Below are positions 41,684-53,990 of a DNA stretch of 64,000 nucleotides, in pieces (position 1 is the first letter of the stretch; each line of letters begins with the position of its first letter). This stretch comes from Octopus vulgaris (Eukaryota). The notes under the pieces were generated by a model. The model saw only the letters and a list, made by a program, of their open reading frames with translations, ran no database searches and was not told where the DNA came from. The stretch spans positions 11,346,001 to 11,410,000 of the forward strand of contig OX597836.1 in assembly GCA_951406725.2 (NCBI GenBank), written 5' to 3'. Made by a program: the position numbers and the translations under genes.

Positions 41684-41854
41684 GGCGTAGGAGTGGCTGT
41701 GTGGTAAATAGCTTGCTTACCAACCACATGGTTCCGGGTTCATTCCCACTGCGTGGCACCTTGGTCAAGTGTCTTCCACTATAGCCTCGGGTTGACCAAA
41801 ACGCTGTAAGTGGATTTTGTTGACGGATACTGAAAGAAGCCTGTCGTATATATG

Positions 41855-41907
<53 letters not shown>

Positions 41908-42171
41908 TTGTGTATCTGTGTTTCTCCCCCTAAAATCGCTTGACAACCAATGCTGGAGTGTTTACGTCCCCGTAACTTAGCGGCTCGGCAAAAGTGACCG
42001 ATAAAATAAGTACTAGGCTTACAAAGAATAAGTCCTGTGGTCTATTTGCTCGACTAATGGCGGTGCTCCAGCATGGCCACAGTCAAATGACTGAAACAAG
42101 TAAAAGGTGCCACGCAGTGGGACTGAACCCGGAACCATGTAAGCTACTTACCACACAGCCACTCCTACGCC
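41684..42171 (+). mobile_element. SINE family A, full length, followed by an inverted head fragment
   Basis: Full copy at 41684-42105. The interval 42104-42171 is the reverse complement of the head. Confidence 0.9.
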
Positions 42172-42475
42172 TATATATATTAAAATTATAGTTTAGCGTA
42201 TCTAACAGATACCATCACGCTGGAAATAGCAGCCAAAACTTGACTTTAAAGCCAAGGAGAGAAGACAAAGAGACAAAATAAACTAGCAAGAAAATTACTG
42301 GATAATTTTGATAATTATTATCACCTTTGAAAGTTTTTTTTATTCCCATGCTGGCCACCTGATAAGACAGGTATTTAAATAACGATCTTATCCTTATTTC
42401 TATAAATTTCTTTCCTTCTTTCTTTCTTTCTCTCTCACTCAATCTCTCTTTCTCCTTAACTATCTATGTATCTAT

Positions 42476-42572
<97 letters not shown>

Positions 42573-42610
42573 CATCAGTCTATTTATCTGTGTGTCTGTC
42601 TGTCTGTTTG

Positions 42611-42659
<49 letters not shown>

Positions 42660-42704
42660 ATGTGTATGTATCTGTGTCTTTCTATCTGTATCTCAATATC
42701 TCAA

Positions 42705-42750
<46 letters not shown>

Positions 42751-42770
42751 TTTATATACATACACACACA

Positions 42771-42828
<58 letters not shown>

Positions 42829-42858
42829 CATACATACACACCTATACTTTACTACTTT

Positions 42859-42938
42859 ACTGTCTGATGAATCGCTAATGGATGGATAGTAATGCTTCCA
42901 TTACAGGAATGCAAATATATCCGAAACATGATTATAGT
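42859..42938 (+). ncRNA. Degenerate hammerhead motif
   Basis: ACTGT CTGATGA ...GGATA...TATCC GAAA CATGA TT ATAGT. Helix I is ACUGU/AUAGU and the helix-II register is disturbed. Confidence 0.4.
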
Positions 42939-43224
42939 TGAAATATGCGTTTTATACATATAAATAATTACGTCTGAATGGAAGCGAAAATTCTATGAGC
43001 CAGTTATACGTGTCTCAACGGACTCCAACCACAAATAATATTTCGTAGAAGGGTTTTCTGATTGAATACATCGCAGACGAGCGTCAGCTCATCGTTTCAA
43101 ACAGTGTTGAAAGGTTTAGAATTTGGTAGAACATTCTACAACCGATAATGAAAATATGTTGGCTTGCCTAATGTTGCTCTCCCATTATATATCAAGGCCA
43201 GGAATGTTCGGGGAGGATGCTAGA

Positions 43225-43580
43225 CGAATACATCGACCCCAGTGTCGAACTGGTACTTAATTTATTGACACCTGAGAGGGTAAATGGCATAGTCGACCCC
43301 GGCGGGATTTGAACCCAAGACGTGCAGACACGAAATGCCGCTCGGGATTTTTGCCCGACTGCTAACAATTCTGCCAGCTCGCCGCCTTCCGTTCGCTTAA
43401 TATTTCCTTCGTGGAGGCGCAATGGCCCAGTGGTTAGGGCAGCGGACTCGCGGTCATAGGATCGATTCCCAGACTGGGCGTTGTGAGTGTTTATTGAGCG
43501 AAAACACCTAAAGCTCCACGAGGCTCCGGTAGGGGATGGTGGCGAACCCTGCTGTACGTAAGCGACGGAGTGCTTCCATC
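43225..43580. mobile_element. SINE family C (minus, 43225-43388) and internally deleted family B (plus, 43413-43580)
   Basis: Family-diagnostic heads in divergent orientation. Confidence 0.8.
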
Positions 43581-44066
43581 CAATATTTCTTTCAGATTTT
43601 AGCACAAGTCCAGCAATTTGAACTCAGAACACCATCGAATTGCCTAATATGAAAAAGCTATTGACTATATGGGCTCGTATTTTCTATGCATCCTTCCATT
43701 TTCACTACCCACTACTCCCTCCTTGTAGGGTCATGGGTTATAGGGTCCTCAGGCACATCCTCCATAGTTTCCTATCACAAGCAACTGTAATTCATTTCAC
43801 GGCTGGATTCCCAAGCCAGGGTCGCTGCGACGGTGAACATTATCCAACATTGCGCAGTCATGGCTGCACGGTAAGAAGCTTGCTTCCTGAACGCCTGATT
43901 TCGGGTTCATTCACCTTCCATGGCACATTTAGCAAGAATCTCCTGCTATAAGCTCAGGACGACAAAAGCCTTATCAGTGGTTTTCACAGGTAGAAATTAG
44001 GACTGTCGTACACACACACATCAAATTAAATACATAACCGAAAGAGCTAGTGATAGATTCATGCTA

Positions 44067-44207
44067 TAAGGTTGTCCCAAAAGTTCGTAGAAAGTCTTGG
44101 AAAATAATGGTCTTTATTTTGAGGAATTATTTTTGTTGTTTTTGTTAGTACTTGGCGAGTAAAAATTCAATTCTCGCAAGTGTTTACGAACTTTTGGGAC
44201 AACCTAA
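44067..44207. mobile_element. Tc1/mariner-type MITE, 141 bp
   Basis: TIRs TAAGGTTGTCCCAAAAGTTCGTA and TACGAACTTTTGGGACAACCTAA, flanked by TA at 44065-66 and 44208-09. Confidence 0.85.
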
Positions 44208-44524
44208 TATTATGATACTTGAATAGATATTTTTATAAAATACGCCATGTATCTTAAGGCAATCTTTCAGGCTCTGTTTATGCGTTATGTATATTAAAAA
44301 AAAAAACAAGGACGTTAGACTGTAAGAAAGTAAGAAAAATCGTGAAGACGGTCGGTCAAAATGTGGAAGGAGAACACAGAAACCAAATCATAGACTAAGA
44401 TCCTCGCCCAACTTGATTGGTGAAAATTTATTCACTACAACTGGTTTAGAACAAAATACCAGAAAATATGTCGAGGTCTGCAAGACAGCAACTCAGTCCG
44501 GAGCGAGTGGTGCCCAAGAATTCG

Positions 44525-44676
44525 ATATCAGAAATTTGTTCATGTGTCTACACCTGCTAAAATTTCAGAATTTGCTGCATCGAAGAAGATTATGAGATAT
44601 TTCTGCTGATATATATATATATATATATATATCAATAGAAATATCTCATAATCTTCTTCGATGCAGCAAATTCGCG

Positions 44677-44741
<65 letters not shown>

Positions 44742-44819
44742 CAGAAATATCTCATAATCTTCTTCGATGCAGCAAATTCGACGTCTGAAATTTTAGCAGT
44801 GTAGACACATGAACAAATT

Positions 44820-44826
<7 letters not shown>
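44525..44826. repeat. Inverted triplication separated by (TA)n tracts
   Basis: Forward copy at 44525-44612, partial inverted copy at 44631-44672, full inverted copy at 44737-44826. Confidence 0.88.
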
Positions 44827-44882
<56 letters not shown>

Positions 44883-44883
44883 C

Positions 44884-44952
<69 letters not shown>

Positions 44953-45092
44953 TTGCCTGCTCGCTTAGCCAGCGGGGTGACGTCATTCGAAGGCTAAAAC
45001 AATGCGAACGCATTGTGACCAGCGATGTGTAGCAACATCTGATGGTCTGGTCGGTCAAGTGATCAAGTGATATATATATATTTATATATATA

Positions 45093-45159
<67 letters not shown>

Positions 45160-45163
<4 letters not shown>

Positions 45164-45340
45164 GAGAGTTTACGAAAAAAACGAAAGACGAAGACAGGTG
45201 GTGTACAAAAACAAACAGTTGTATTAGTATAACGCTCAGAAATAGAAAAAGTCTTTTACGTTTCGAGCCTACGCTCTTATACAGAAAGAGACACAGAAAA
45301 AACAAGGAGAGAAAAAATGTGTGTAGTGGCTAACGATCTA
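45160..45340 (-). mobile_element. Short Penelope-like element with minimal hammerhead-like motif (45253-45288)
   Basis: Minus strand reads TCTTT CTGTATA A GAGC GTAG GCTC GAAA CG TA AAAGA. It is flanked by (TA)n and homologous to 7850-8040. Confidence 0.55.
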
Positions 45341-46025
45341 AATTATATATATATATAATAAAAGATAAAATTAATTAATCAATTAATAATGAATAATTTT
45401 ACCAAGTAGCTTGTTATGTTAAATGTACCATTATCGGTAACCTTATACAAAAATTCTATAATTATAAGCATAATTATAATTAGGGTTCATCAAAAATTGC
45501 TTCACCACATACCGAAATTTAGAAATAGCAGTTAAATACTATTCCACTACCATAAAATATCTCCTAGATAGTAATACTCTCAACTCAGTATTACTTGTTG
45601 ATTTTGCAACAGTATTATTTATAGAAGCTAATAGGTTTTCCATCCTGTAACAAGTTGTGTCACGAAGAAAATGTTAACTAACCTTCATGAGCTTCGAAAC
45701 CCTCGTCGCCAGATATTGTTACGTAATTGTCGACCGACTCTTAGCTTGTATTGTTCGTTGTACACAGCACTCTTGGTTTTCGCTCGAACGGACTTTAGTG
45801 CGATTTTTTTAACGCCAAGAAGACATCTCCTCTAGAAGGTTAACAATCAAAGCTGCATCCGATATATTGTGAGGAGGAGAGTTAAACCCTTACCAAATTC
45901 TAGGGATAGGGCCAACACACAGTAATTGGAACAACTACCATTATGGAAACTTACGGATTCGGTGCGGGTTCACTTCGCACTAACACACCGAGTTCGGTGC
46001 GAGTTCAACGTGGAAATAACACACC

Positions 46026-46260
46026 TATTTCTTTATTGCCCACAAGAAGCTAAACATAGAGAGGACAAACAAGGACAGACAAAGGGATTAAGTCAATTAC
46101 ATCGACCCCAGTGCATAACTGGTACGTAAGTTATCGACCCCCGAATGGATTATAGGCAAAGTCGACCTCGGCGGAATTTGAACTCAGAACGTAATGGTAG
46201 ACGAAATCTCCGCTAAGCATTTCGCCCGGCGTGCTAACGATTCTGCCAGTTCGCCGCCTT
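46026..46260 (-). mobile_element. SINE family C, full length, with 19-bp TSD
   Basis: AACGTGGAAATAACACACC at 46007-46025 and 46261-46279. Confidence 0.92.
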
Positions 46261-46408
46261 AACGTGGAAATAACACACCGACACCTTCCGACTTTACTGC
46301 GAACTCAGCTCGAGCTAAGACACAAACTTCACTCCGACCGCTACTATTTATAATCGCTCGGGTCAGTCTATTTCCCGCAAGGGGGCGTCGTGACTCTCAT
46401 CACAACAG

Positions 46409-46447
<39 letters not shown>

Positions 46448-46924
46448 CTGCAAAGCAGATTGATAGTCGACGACATGTTTGTTAAAGGTTTAATACAATT
46501 TGTCAATTACAAATAAGCAGACGACAATGCAAGTTGATACTACAGCTCTTATGAAAGCAGACGTAAATCAATTGGATCGCCCTGCAATGTCTAATGTTGT
46601 TAGATTCAAATAACAATTTGAAGATGGAACCAGATTTCAGAGGAGGAAAAAAAGAACCTATCAAACTGTCTGTTTTTTTTCTTTTTTCGTGGGCTACAAA
46701 ATGACTCGGCCAGTTTTCGTTGAAATGCTTCCTGAGTTAGCTTTTGTTTTTGATATGAACGGAGCTGCTGTCCACATATGATGTTAATGTTCGAGTTGAG
46801 TCATAAGAAACGTTGTGTGCTGCTTCTTATGTTAACGCATACGAATTCATGTTATCCATCTGTGGTTATTTATTCACGTATATATGTGTGTGTGTGTGTG
46901 TGTGTACGTGTGTGTGTATGTGCA

Positions 46925-47143
46925 CGTGATGGGGCGTTGAAAATTTCCTGGTTTTGGTTAAAAGAAAATAGAGGACGATCAATTAATTATGATTTTATCC
47001 AACATATTCCACTCTCAGATTCACACTCTTATTGCAGCGGTCCTTCAGTTGTTCCAAGCCCTGTAAAAGAACTCGGAAGGCTGGGACTCCAACCAGGTCT
47101 TTCGCGGTACTCTTAAAGCCAGGTACTTTTTAGCATGACCACG
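46925..47143. mobile_element. Degenerate mariner-type MITE
   Basis: Imperfect TIRs CGTGATGGGGCGTTGAAAATTTCCTGGTTTT and AAAGCCAGGTACTTTTTAGCATGACCACG. Confidence 0.55.
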
Positions 47144-47155
47144 TTAATATATAAA

Positions 47156-47210
<55 letters not shown>

Positions 47211-47272
47211 ACCATAAAAAGTTAGGAGGTACAAGACATGAATATATTTATTTAACTACTACACATTTTTAA

Positions 47273-47328
47273 GATTACGGCCGTTTCGAAATTCTCTCCT
47301 AGCAGTAAAATTACGTTACATGTTTCTT
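47273..47328 (-). ncRNA. 3' half of a hammerhead motif, truncated by SINE A
   Basis: Minus strand reads GAAA...TTTC GAAA CGGCCG TA ATC. Helix III is the palindrome ACGGCCGU and the triplet is GUA. The 5' core is replaced by SINE sequence. Confidence 0.45.
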
Positions 47329-47666
47329 GGGCAAGTGTCTTCTACTATAGCCTCGGGTCGACCAAAGCCTTGTGAGTGGATTTGGTAGACGGAAACTGAA
47401 AGAAGCCCGTCGTATATATGTATATATATATATGCGTGTGTGTGTTTGTGTGTCTGTGTTTGTCCCCCTAGCATTGCTTGACAACCGATGGTGGTGTGAT
47501 TATGTCCCCGTTACTTAGCGGTTCGGCAAAAGAGGCCGATAGAATAAGTACTGGGCTTACAAAAGAATAAGTCCCGGGGTCTAGTTGCTCGATTAAAGGC
47601 GGTGCTCCAGCATGGCCGCAGTCAAATGACTGAAACAAGTAAAAGAGGAAAAGCGAGAGTAAAAGA

Positions 47667-47667
<1 letters not shown>
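47326..47667 (+). mobile_element. SINE family A, 5' truncated
   Basis: TTGGGCAAGTGTCTTCTACTATAGCC through to the GACTGAAACAAGTAAAAGAG tail. Confidence 0.9.
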
Positions 47668-47747
<80 letters not shown>

Positions 47748-47984
47748 TATGTATGTATGTATGTATGTATGTATGTATGTATGTATGTATGTATAATTCC
47801 AGTACTTCTCGCTTCGTGTTTCTGATCATTCAGCTGGTTATTCAAGCCTATCTTCGTTTTGAAATATTCGCTGTTTCATGAATGGTATGAGGAAAGCGTC
47901 CACCTTCATGTGAATATATAGATCGATAGATCGATAGATAGATAAATAGATAGATTGATAGTTATAGACACATATCTATATGTA

Positions 47985-48029
<45 letters not shown>

Positions 48030-48089
48030 GTATACACAGACAGGTACACACACATATATACACATACACACAGAGAGGCATACATATAT

Positions 48090-48291
48090 CTATGTATGTT
48101 TGTATGTATGTATGCATGTATGTATGTATGTATGCATGCATATATGTATGTATGCATACATGCATGTATGTATGTATGTATGTATGTATGTATGCATGTA
48201 TGTATGTATGTATGCATGTATGTATGTATGTATGTATGTATGCATGCATATATGTATGTATGTATATATGTATGTATGTATGTATGTATGC

Positions 48292-48324
<33 letters not shown>

Positions 48325-48503
48325 TGTATGTATGTATGTATGCATATATGTATGTATGCATGCATGTATGTATGTATGTATGTATGCATGCATATATGTA
48401 TGTATGTATGTATGCATGCATGCATATATGTATGTATGTATGCATGTATGTATGTATGCATGCATATATGTATGTATGTATGTGTGTATGCATGTATGTA
48501 TGA
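48090..48503 (+). repeat. (ATGT/ATGC)n array
   Basis: Direct reading. Confidence 0.92.
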
Positions 48504-48844
48504 ATGAATGTACGTTTAAGGAAATATATTGTGAGATGTGTACATAGATAGATAGTGAAACAGAAACCAGAGAGGCACACAGACAGATAGCCAGGTATGT
48601 AAATGTAGAGTCACACTCCACGAAACACTCGCTCCACCCTCTTTTCCAGTCCTCAACCCGCCACATATTTTCACCACCTTCTCCGTACGTTCATTCACGC
48701 TCCTCAAATCGCTTGCCGAACTTCCTGTACTTGCTTCTTTTTACAGGTTGTTTGTGTACAACCATATTCAATAGAAAGTAAGCTGTTAAGTTACCGGGTT
48801 CGCTATAGCGAAGTTACGTGGTTCTTGCAAACATTTTCTATCCA

Positions 48845-49450
48845 AACATTTTTCGTTAGATCAATGGTCTGTGTTCGAGAAATACGAAACATCTTTTTAT
48901 AACTTATCATTGCCAACTCCATGATCCTTTTAACGCTTACAGGATCTAACGTCCATGTTTAGCATCCATAAAGAGCAGTTAAGTTTACTATTTGCTCTAA
49001 ACTTGTTCCTTTTGATATTTTCCTCATTTCGTTTTTCCATAGAGAACAGGGTTAAAATTTGTTTTTTCTCTAAATCCGCTACAATCTAGCGTTTAACATC
49101 TCCGTTTGATCTCGCATCTCCTGTTATTTTCTTCCCAAATATCTAAATTCATTAAATTGTTTGAGCGTGAGCCTCTCTTCTGCTATAGCAATTGGACTGA
49201 TTATTTTGTGTTTATCTATATTTATATTTACATTTTTACTAGTTATCTTATTTTCTTTTTCAGCATTTATTTCCAGTTCATATCTTCCTACATTCGTGTC
49301 AAGTCAATGCGCTTTAGAACTCTAATTTCTTCTTCTTCATTTTCGTTCATTTTCGTGTTATTAAATCGATATCATTGATGGAATCGATATAGAGATTAGT
49401 GACCTCTCTGCATCTCCATATATTGACGTTTGTTTCAAAAGCACGTAGAA
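48845..49450 (-). pseudogene. Highly decayed RTE-like LINE reverse-transcriptase region
   Basis: Minus-strand peptides in the expected order: EVTNL..DIDLI, RYELEINAEK, LKQFNEFRYLG, ITGDARSNGDVKR*I, ALYGC*TWTL...KRI...YKKMFRIS. These resemble the RTE motifs NLRFADDIDL, EINAEKTK, F.YLG and LYGCETWTL. Confidence 0.7.
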
Positions 49451-49738
49451 AGACATTTACGAAAAAAGTTATACCCTAAATATTCCAGCTAGAAAATAAA
49501 TGATACCCCCAGAAAAACGTATGCCACAAATGCAATTTAGCTTTGAAGAAACAGTTTAACCGCATGCGACATGGAGACGCTAAGATTGAATAACCGGAGA
49601 CATTTGCCATTTACGTGAATGATCACGTAACGCGAAACTCGCTTCGCGTGAAAGGGAATTTAATTTACATCGGTAACTGTTGTCTACCCGATAAATTTGA
49701 GTGAACGTCTTTCTTATAACACATACTTATAATACGTA

Positions 49739-49865
<127 letters not shown>

Positions 49866-50196
49866 GTATGTGTGTGTGCTTGTGTTTGTGTGTGCGTGTG
49901 TGTTTCTATGTGTGTATGAATACATACAGGCATATACATACTTATATATGGGAGAGTAGTAGTAGTGGTGGTGGTGGTGGTGGTGGTGGTGGTAGTGATG
50001 GTGATGGATATGGTGGTGGTGGTGCGAAGCAGTGATGATAAATAGGAGAACTTGAGTTTGGTTGAAATATGTTTGTGACGTATTTAAAATTTTGAATTCG
50101 TTTTCATATAGTTTACCGTGGCGGGGGCGGTTAGCATGAGAAGGAATTATCACTTATGCTAAAATGATGATAATAATAATAATAATAATAATAATA

Positions 50197-50268
<72 letters not shown>

Positions 50269-50312
50269 ATGATAATAATAATAATAATAATTATTATTAT
50301 TATTATTATTTA

Positions 50313-50355
<43 letters not shown>

Positions 50356-50559
50356 ATGATAATAATAATAAATAATAATAAAATAAATGTACGTATCTTT
50401 ACAAGTAAATATAGAAAAATTTAACAATATTACTTAAAATAAGATCAAACTTAAATGTGTGTGTGTGTGTTTTTGTGTACGTGTGATGTGTGTGTATTTG
50501 TGTGTGTGTGTGTGTGTGACTTTGTGTCTGTCTTTGTCCCCTCCCCCTCGTTTTAGCTT

Positions 50560-50624
50560 GTGAGCACTGAAAGCTTTCTGAGCAGATTTGGTAGACAGAA
50601 ACTGAAAGAAGCCCGTCGTATATA

Positions 50625-50716
<92 letters not shown>

Positions 50717-51068
50717 GTATGTATGCATGCATGTATGTATGTATGTATGTATGTACGTATGTATGTATGCATGCATGTATGTATGTATGTATGTATGTAT
50801 GTATGTACGTATGTATGTATGCATGCATGTATGTATGTATGTATGTATGTATGTATGCGTGCTTGTGTGTCTGTGTTTGTTGCCCCATCATCGCTTGACA
50901 ATCGATGGTGATGTGTTTACGTCCCCGTAATTCAGCGTTTAGGCCAAAGAGACAGATAGAATAAGTAGCGGGCTTACTAAGAATAAGTCCTGGGGGCGAT
51001 TTACTCGACTAAATGCGGCGCCCCAGCATTGCCGCAGACAAATAAATGAAATAGTTAAACGAATAAAA

Positions 51069-51070
<2 letters not shown>
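50560..51070 (+). mobile_element. SINE family A, partial, with expanded internal microsatellite
   Basis: GATTTGGTAGACAGAAACTGAAAGAAGCCCGTCG...GCGGCGCCCCAGCATTGCCGCAG. Confidence 0.8.
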
Positions 51071-51110
<40 letters not shown>

Positions 51111-51112
<2 letters not shown>

Positions 51113-51349
51113 TTAAATCCTTAAAAATGTTTCAGCCCGAAATCTGTGGCCATGCTGGGGCACCACCGTTGAATGAGCTACACTAGTATGTGAAACCACC
51201 TTTGATACGTAGCACTTGGTCAACAAGGGAGTTCGACGCCGCTGCTCGCATCTGTGTTTCCTGCCGAGAGGTAGGTTCATCTGGAACCCCTGACAAGATG
51301 AGATCCAGTTTAGCTTTAAAGAAACCCACATCCACACCATGCAGGTCTC
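51111..51349 (-). pseudogene. CR1-group LINE extreme 3' end
   Basis: RDLHGVDVGFFKAKLDLILSGVPDEPTSRQETQMRAAASNSLVDQVLRIKGGFTY* (stop at 51183-51185) resembles invertebrate CR1-group ORF2 ends (FK.KLD..L..VPDEP...AAASNSL.DQ). The 3' UTR is GGTGGTGCCCCAGCATGGCCACAG...CTGAAAC. Confidence 0.7.
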
Positions 51350-51369
51350 ACGATTATATGTTTATATGT

Positions 51370-51436
<67 letters not shown>

Positions 51437-51641
51437 AAATAGAAAGATGAATAATCTTGTAGTAGATTAATCAAAAATTTAACCGATACCTTAGTAGCAA
51501 AAATCACAGCAGTAAAACAGCACGGTTGGAGGTACAACCATATGGTGTTGCAACCGTGCGTTGGTGCGGATAATTGAAATTAGAACATTATTGGTGAATT
51601 GAAGAAATGGAGCTGAACGCAGATTGAACAGAAATCGTTTT

Positions 51642-51733
51642 ATTTCATTCTACACGTGTTTCGAAAGGCACAAATTACCAAAATCCGATGGAATAATGGG
51701 ACCATATTGTGTCTTTCTCTTCAGGAAGAAAAT
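51642..51733 (-). ncRNA. Mirror copy of the 51978-52069 hammerhead
   Basis: Exact reverse complement within the palindrome. Confidence 0.75.
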
Positions 51734-51977
51734 AGGAAATCCGTTGGAAAAACAAAAACAGAACAGAGGCAGAGCAAAAACAAATCGAACTATGCTCCTA
51801 AGAGCCCATGGCGAAACTGTTTATCAGTGTATGTTGAGAACCGGTGGCTGAAGAATTCTTCAGCCACCGGTTCTCAACATACACTGATAAACAGTTTCGC
51901 CATGGGCTCTTAGGAGCATAGTTCGATTTGTTTTTGCTCTGCCTCTGTTCTGTTTTTGTTTTTCCAACGGATTTCCT

Positions 51978-52069
51978 ATTTTCTTCCTGAAGAGAAAGAC
52001 ACAATATGGTCCCATTATTCCATCGGATTTTGGTAATTTGTGCCTTTCGAAACACGTGTAGAATGAAAT
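51978..52069 (+). ncRNA. Type-I hammerhead ribozyme motif, canonical core
   Basis: ATTTTCTTC CTGAAGA GAAAGACACAA[33 nt]TTGTGCCTTTC GAAA CACGTG TA GAATGAAAT. Helix I is 9 bp and helix II is 11 bp, each with one mismatch, and G10.1-C11.1 is present. Helix III is the palindrome ACACGUGU. The predicted cut is at 52060/52061. Confidence 0.8.
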
Positions 52070-52125
52070 AAAACGATTTCTGTTCAATCTGCGTTCAGCT
52101 CCATTTCTTCAATTCACCAATAATG

Positions 52126-52180
<55 letters not shown>

Positions 52181-52262
52181 GGTGCCCCAGCATGGCCACA
52201 GCTCATTAGCTGAAACTGGAAAAGTCAAAATCAAAATCAAAATCAATCATATATATACATAT

Positions 52263-52440
52263 ACTAGTTATAAATAAGGGCAAACGAAAAAATTTCTAAT
52301 GCCAAATATGCCGAAAAATTGGACATATTGTCCATTACCATATAATTTTTCACAGAACGCACGGTACTCGAAAAGAAAACGAAATTTTGCGGCATATTTG
52401 GCATTAGAAATTTTTTTCGTTTGCCCTTATTTATAAGTAG
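52263..52440. repeat. Inverted repeat, about 55-bp arms, between (TA)n tracts
   Basis: ACTAGTTATAAATAAGGGCAAACGAAAAAATTTCTAATGCCAAATATGCCG pairs with CGGCATATTTGGCATTAGAAATTTTTTTCGTTTGCCCTTATTTATAAGTAGT. Confidence 0.88.
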
Positions 52441-52535
52441 TTTATAATTTTAACCTTTAAAAGGTATTTTTTAATATGCTGGCCATTGATAAAAAAGTTT
52501 TGAGAAAACATCTTATCCTACATTAAATATATATA

Positions 52536-52621
<86 letters not shown>

Positions 52622-53554
52622 CATACATATATATATTGCCACATACTAATCGTACCCCAACTGTAACCCACGCACTTTATCTTTCCAATCCACCCACACA
52701 GGAGATTTCAACAAGGCTTTCTCCTCCCCTGTTGCTGTACAACGGATAACGTAAACAAAATAAATAAATAACAAACTTGCTAACATCATAAATGAGATAG
52801 AAATAAAAACAAAGAAAACAGGTAGGAAAGATTTACCATGTAAGGGAAATATTTTATAGTTTCCCTCTAGTAAATTCGTCTTTAAACTGTGCTGCAAGAA
52901 CGCAACGGAGGGAGGGATTCTTACCCGATAAGACTCTGTTTCTTTTTCTTCTTCTTCTCATCTTTGTATCTGTTTTAAACATACAACATTAGTGTAAAAG
53001 GAAGTTTGTAGAAACCGGTAAAGAAATCCAACATATATATATATATGTATATATGTGTGTGTATATGTGTGTGTGTATGTGTGTGTACGTGTATGTGTAC
53101 GTAAGTACATATATTTATATATGTGAATATACATATATATGTATATATATATATATAAACATATATGTATATAAATACATATTTATACATATACGCACAC
53201 ACACATATATATATATAGAATTATGCACGTATATATGTATATATATTTGTGTATGTACATATGTATATACACATATGCATAAAGGTATACATACACATAT
53301 ATGCATATATACATGCATATATGTATATACACACATATATATATATATGTATGCATTTATCTATGTGTTTGCATATATATATACATATATATACACACAC
53401 ACACTCATATATATATATAAAGATGTATATATATATATCGTAATGGTAAAGCAAACTTCCCAAAATAGAGGGATAAGAGAAAAATACAATACTATAGAAA
53501 AAAATGAAAACTGGGGAACTCTATGTCACTCTTACTCTTTCTCTCTCTGCCTCC

Positions 53555-53595
<41 letters not shown>

Positions 53596-53720
53596 ACTCT
53601 TTGTTTTCTTCTTTCTATCTCTCACTTTCTCTCTTCCGCTTTTTTTTCTGTCTTTCTTTCTTTCTTTCCTTTTTTTTGTTTTTTTCTCTCCCTTAAAAAG
53701 AAGCGAAGAAGCGAATTTTT

Positions 53721-53990
53721 AATGATTTATGGTGCTGAATATATAAAAAGCTGCAAACCCTTCCGATCAGACAAACGAGGGGTAAAAAACAAAACAAAAA
53801 CAACAATAAAAAAACGAAGCAAAATATAACACTTTGCATGACTGACGTCATCAAGCAAGTTCCAGTAAGAGTATTATGAAAGGAAAACAAAAAAAAACAA
53901 AAAAAAAAAACAAAAAAAAAAAACAGAAATGCAAAATACAAAAATACCAAAACGGAATCAAAAAATTTTTCTTCCCGCCAACCCGCCCCT
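53721..53990 (+). promoter_or_regulatory. Candidate promoter/enhancer motif cluster
   Basis: TGATTTATGG (Pbx/Hox-type, 53723), TATATAAAAAG (53740), Inr-like TCAGAC about 29 nt downstream, TGACGTCA (CRE, 53843), TTCCCGCC and CCGCCCC (53972-53989). These are motif matches only. Confidence 0.25.

Larger units (their letters stand above)
51584..52127. repeat. Perfect 544-bp palindrome (272-bp arms, no spacer)
   Basis: The axis lies between 51855 and 51856 in GGCTGAAGAATTCTTCAGCC. Identical mirrored ORFs at 51624..51851(+)/51860..52087(-) confirm the symmetry. Confidence 0.97.

Noticed and set aside
48747-48777. Possible 31-nt micro-exon (TTTTTACAG|GTTG...GAAA|GTAAGC)
   Set aside because: The splice-like signals have no partner exons, and the site lies beside a decayed RTE on the other strand.
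51790-51832. CCTAAGA GCC CAT GGC GAAA CTG..CAG TG, a second hammerhead-like motif in the palindrome arm
   Set aside because: It has two core mismatches, G at the cleavage position and no helix I.
51624-52087. Pairs of identical ORFs on opposite strands
   Set aside because: They are a consequence of the palindrome, and the peptides resemble nothing recognisable.
52646-52897. 83-aa ORF with a possible acceptor site on the minus strand
   Set aside because: No homology is recognised and the donor is weak.
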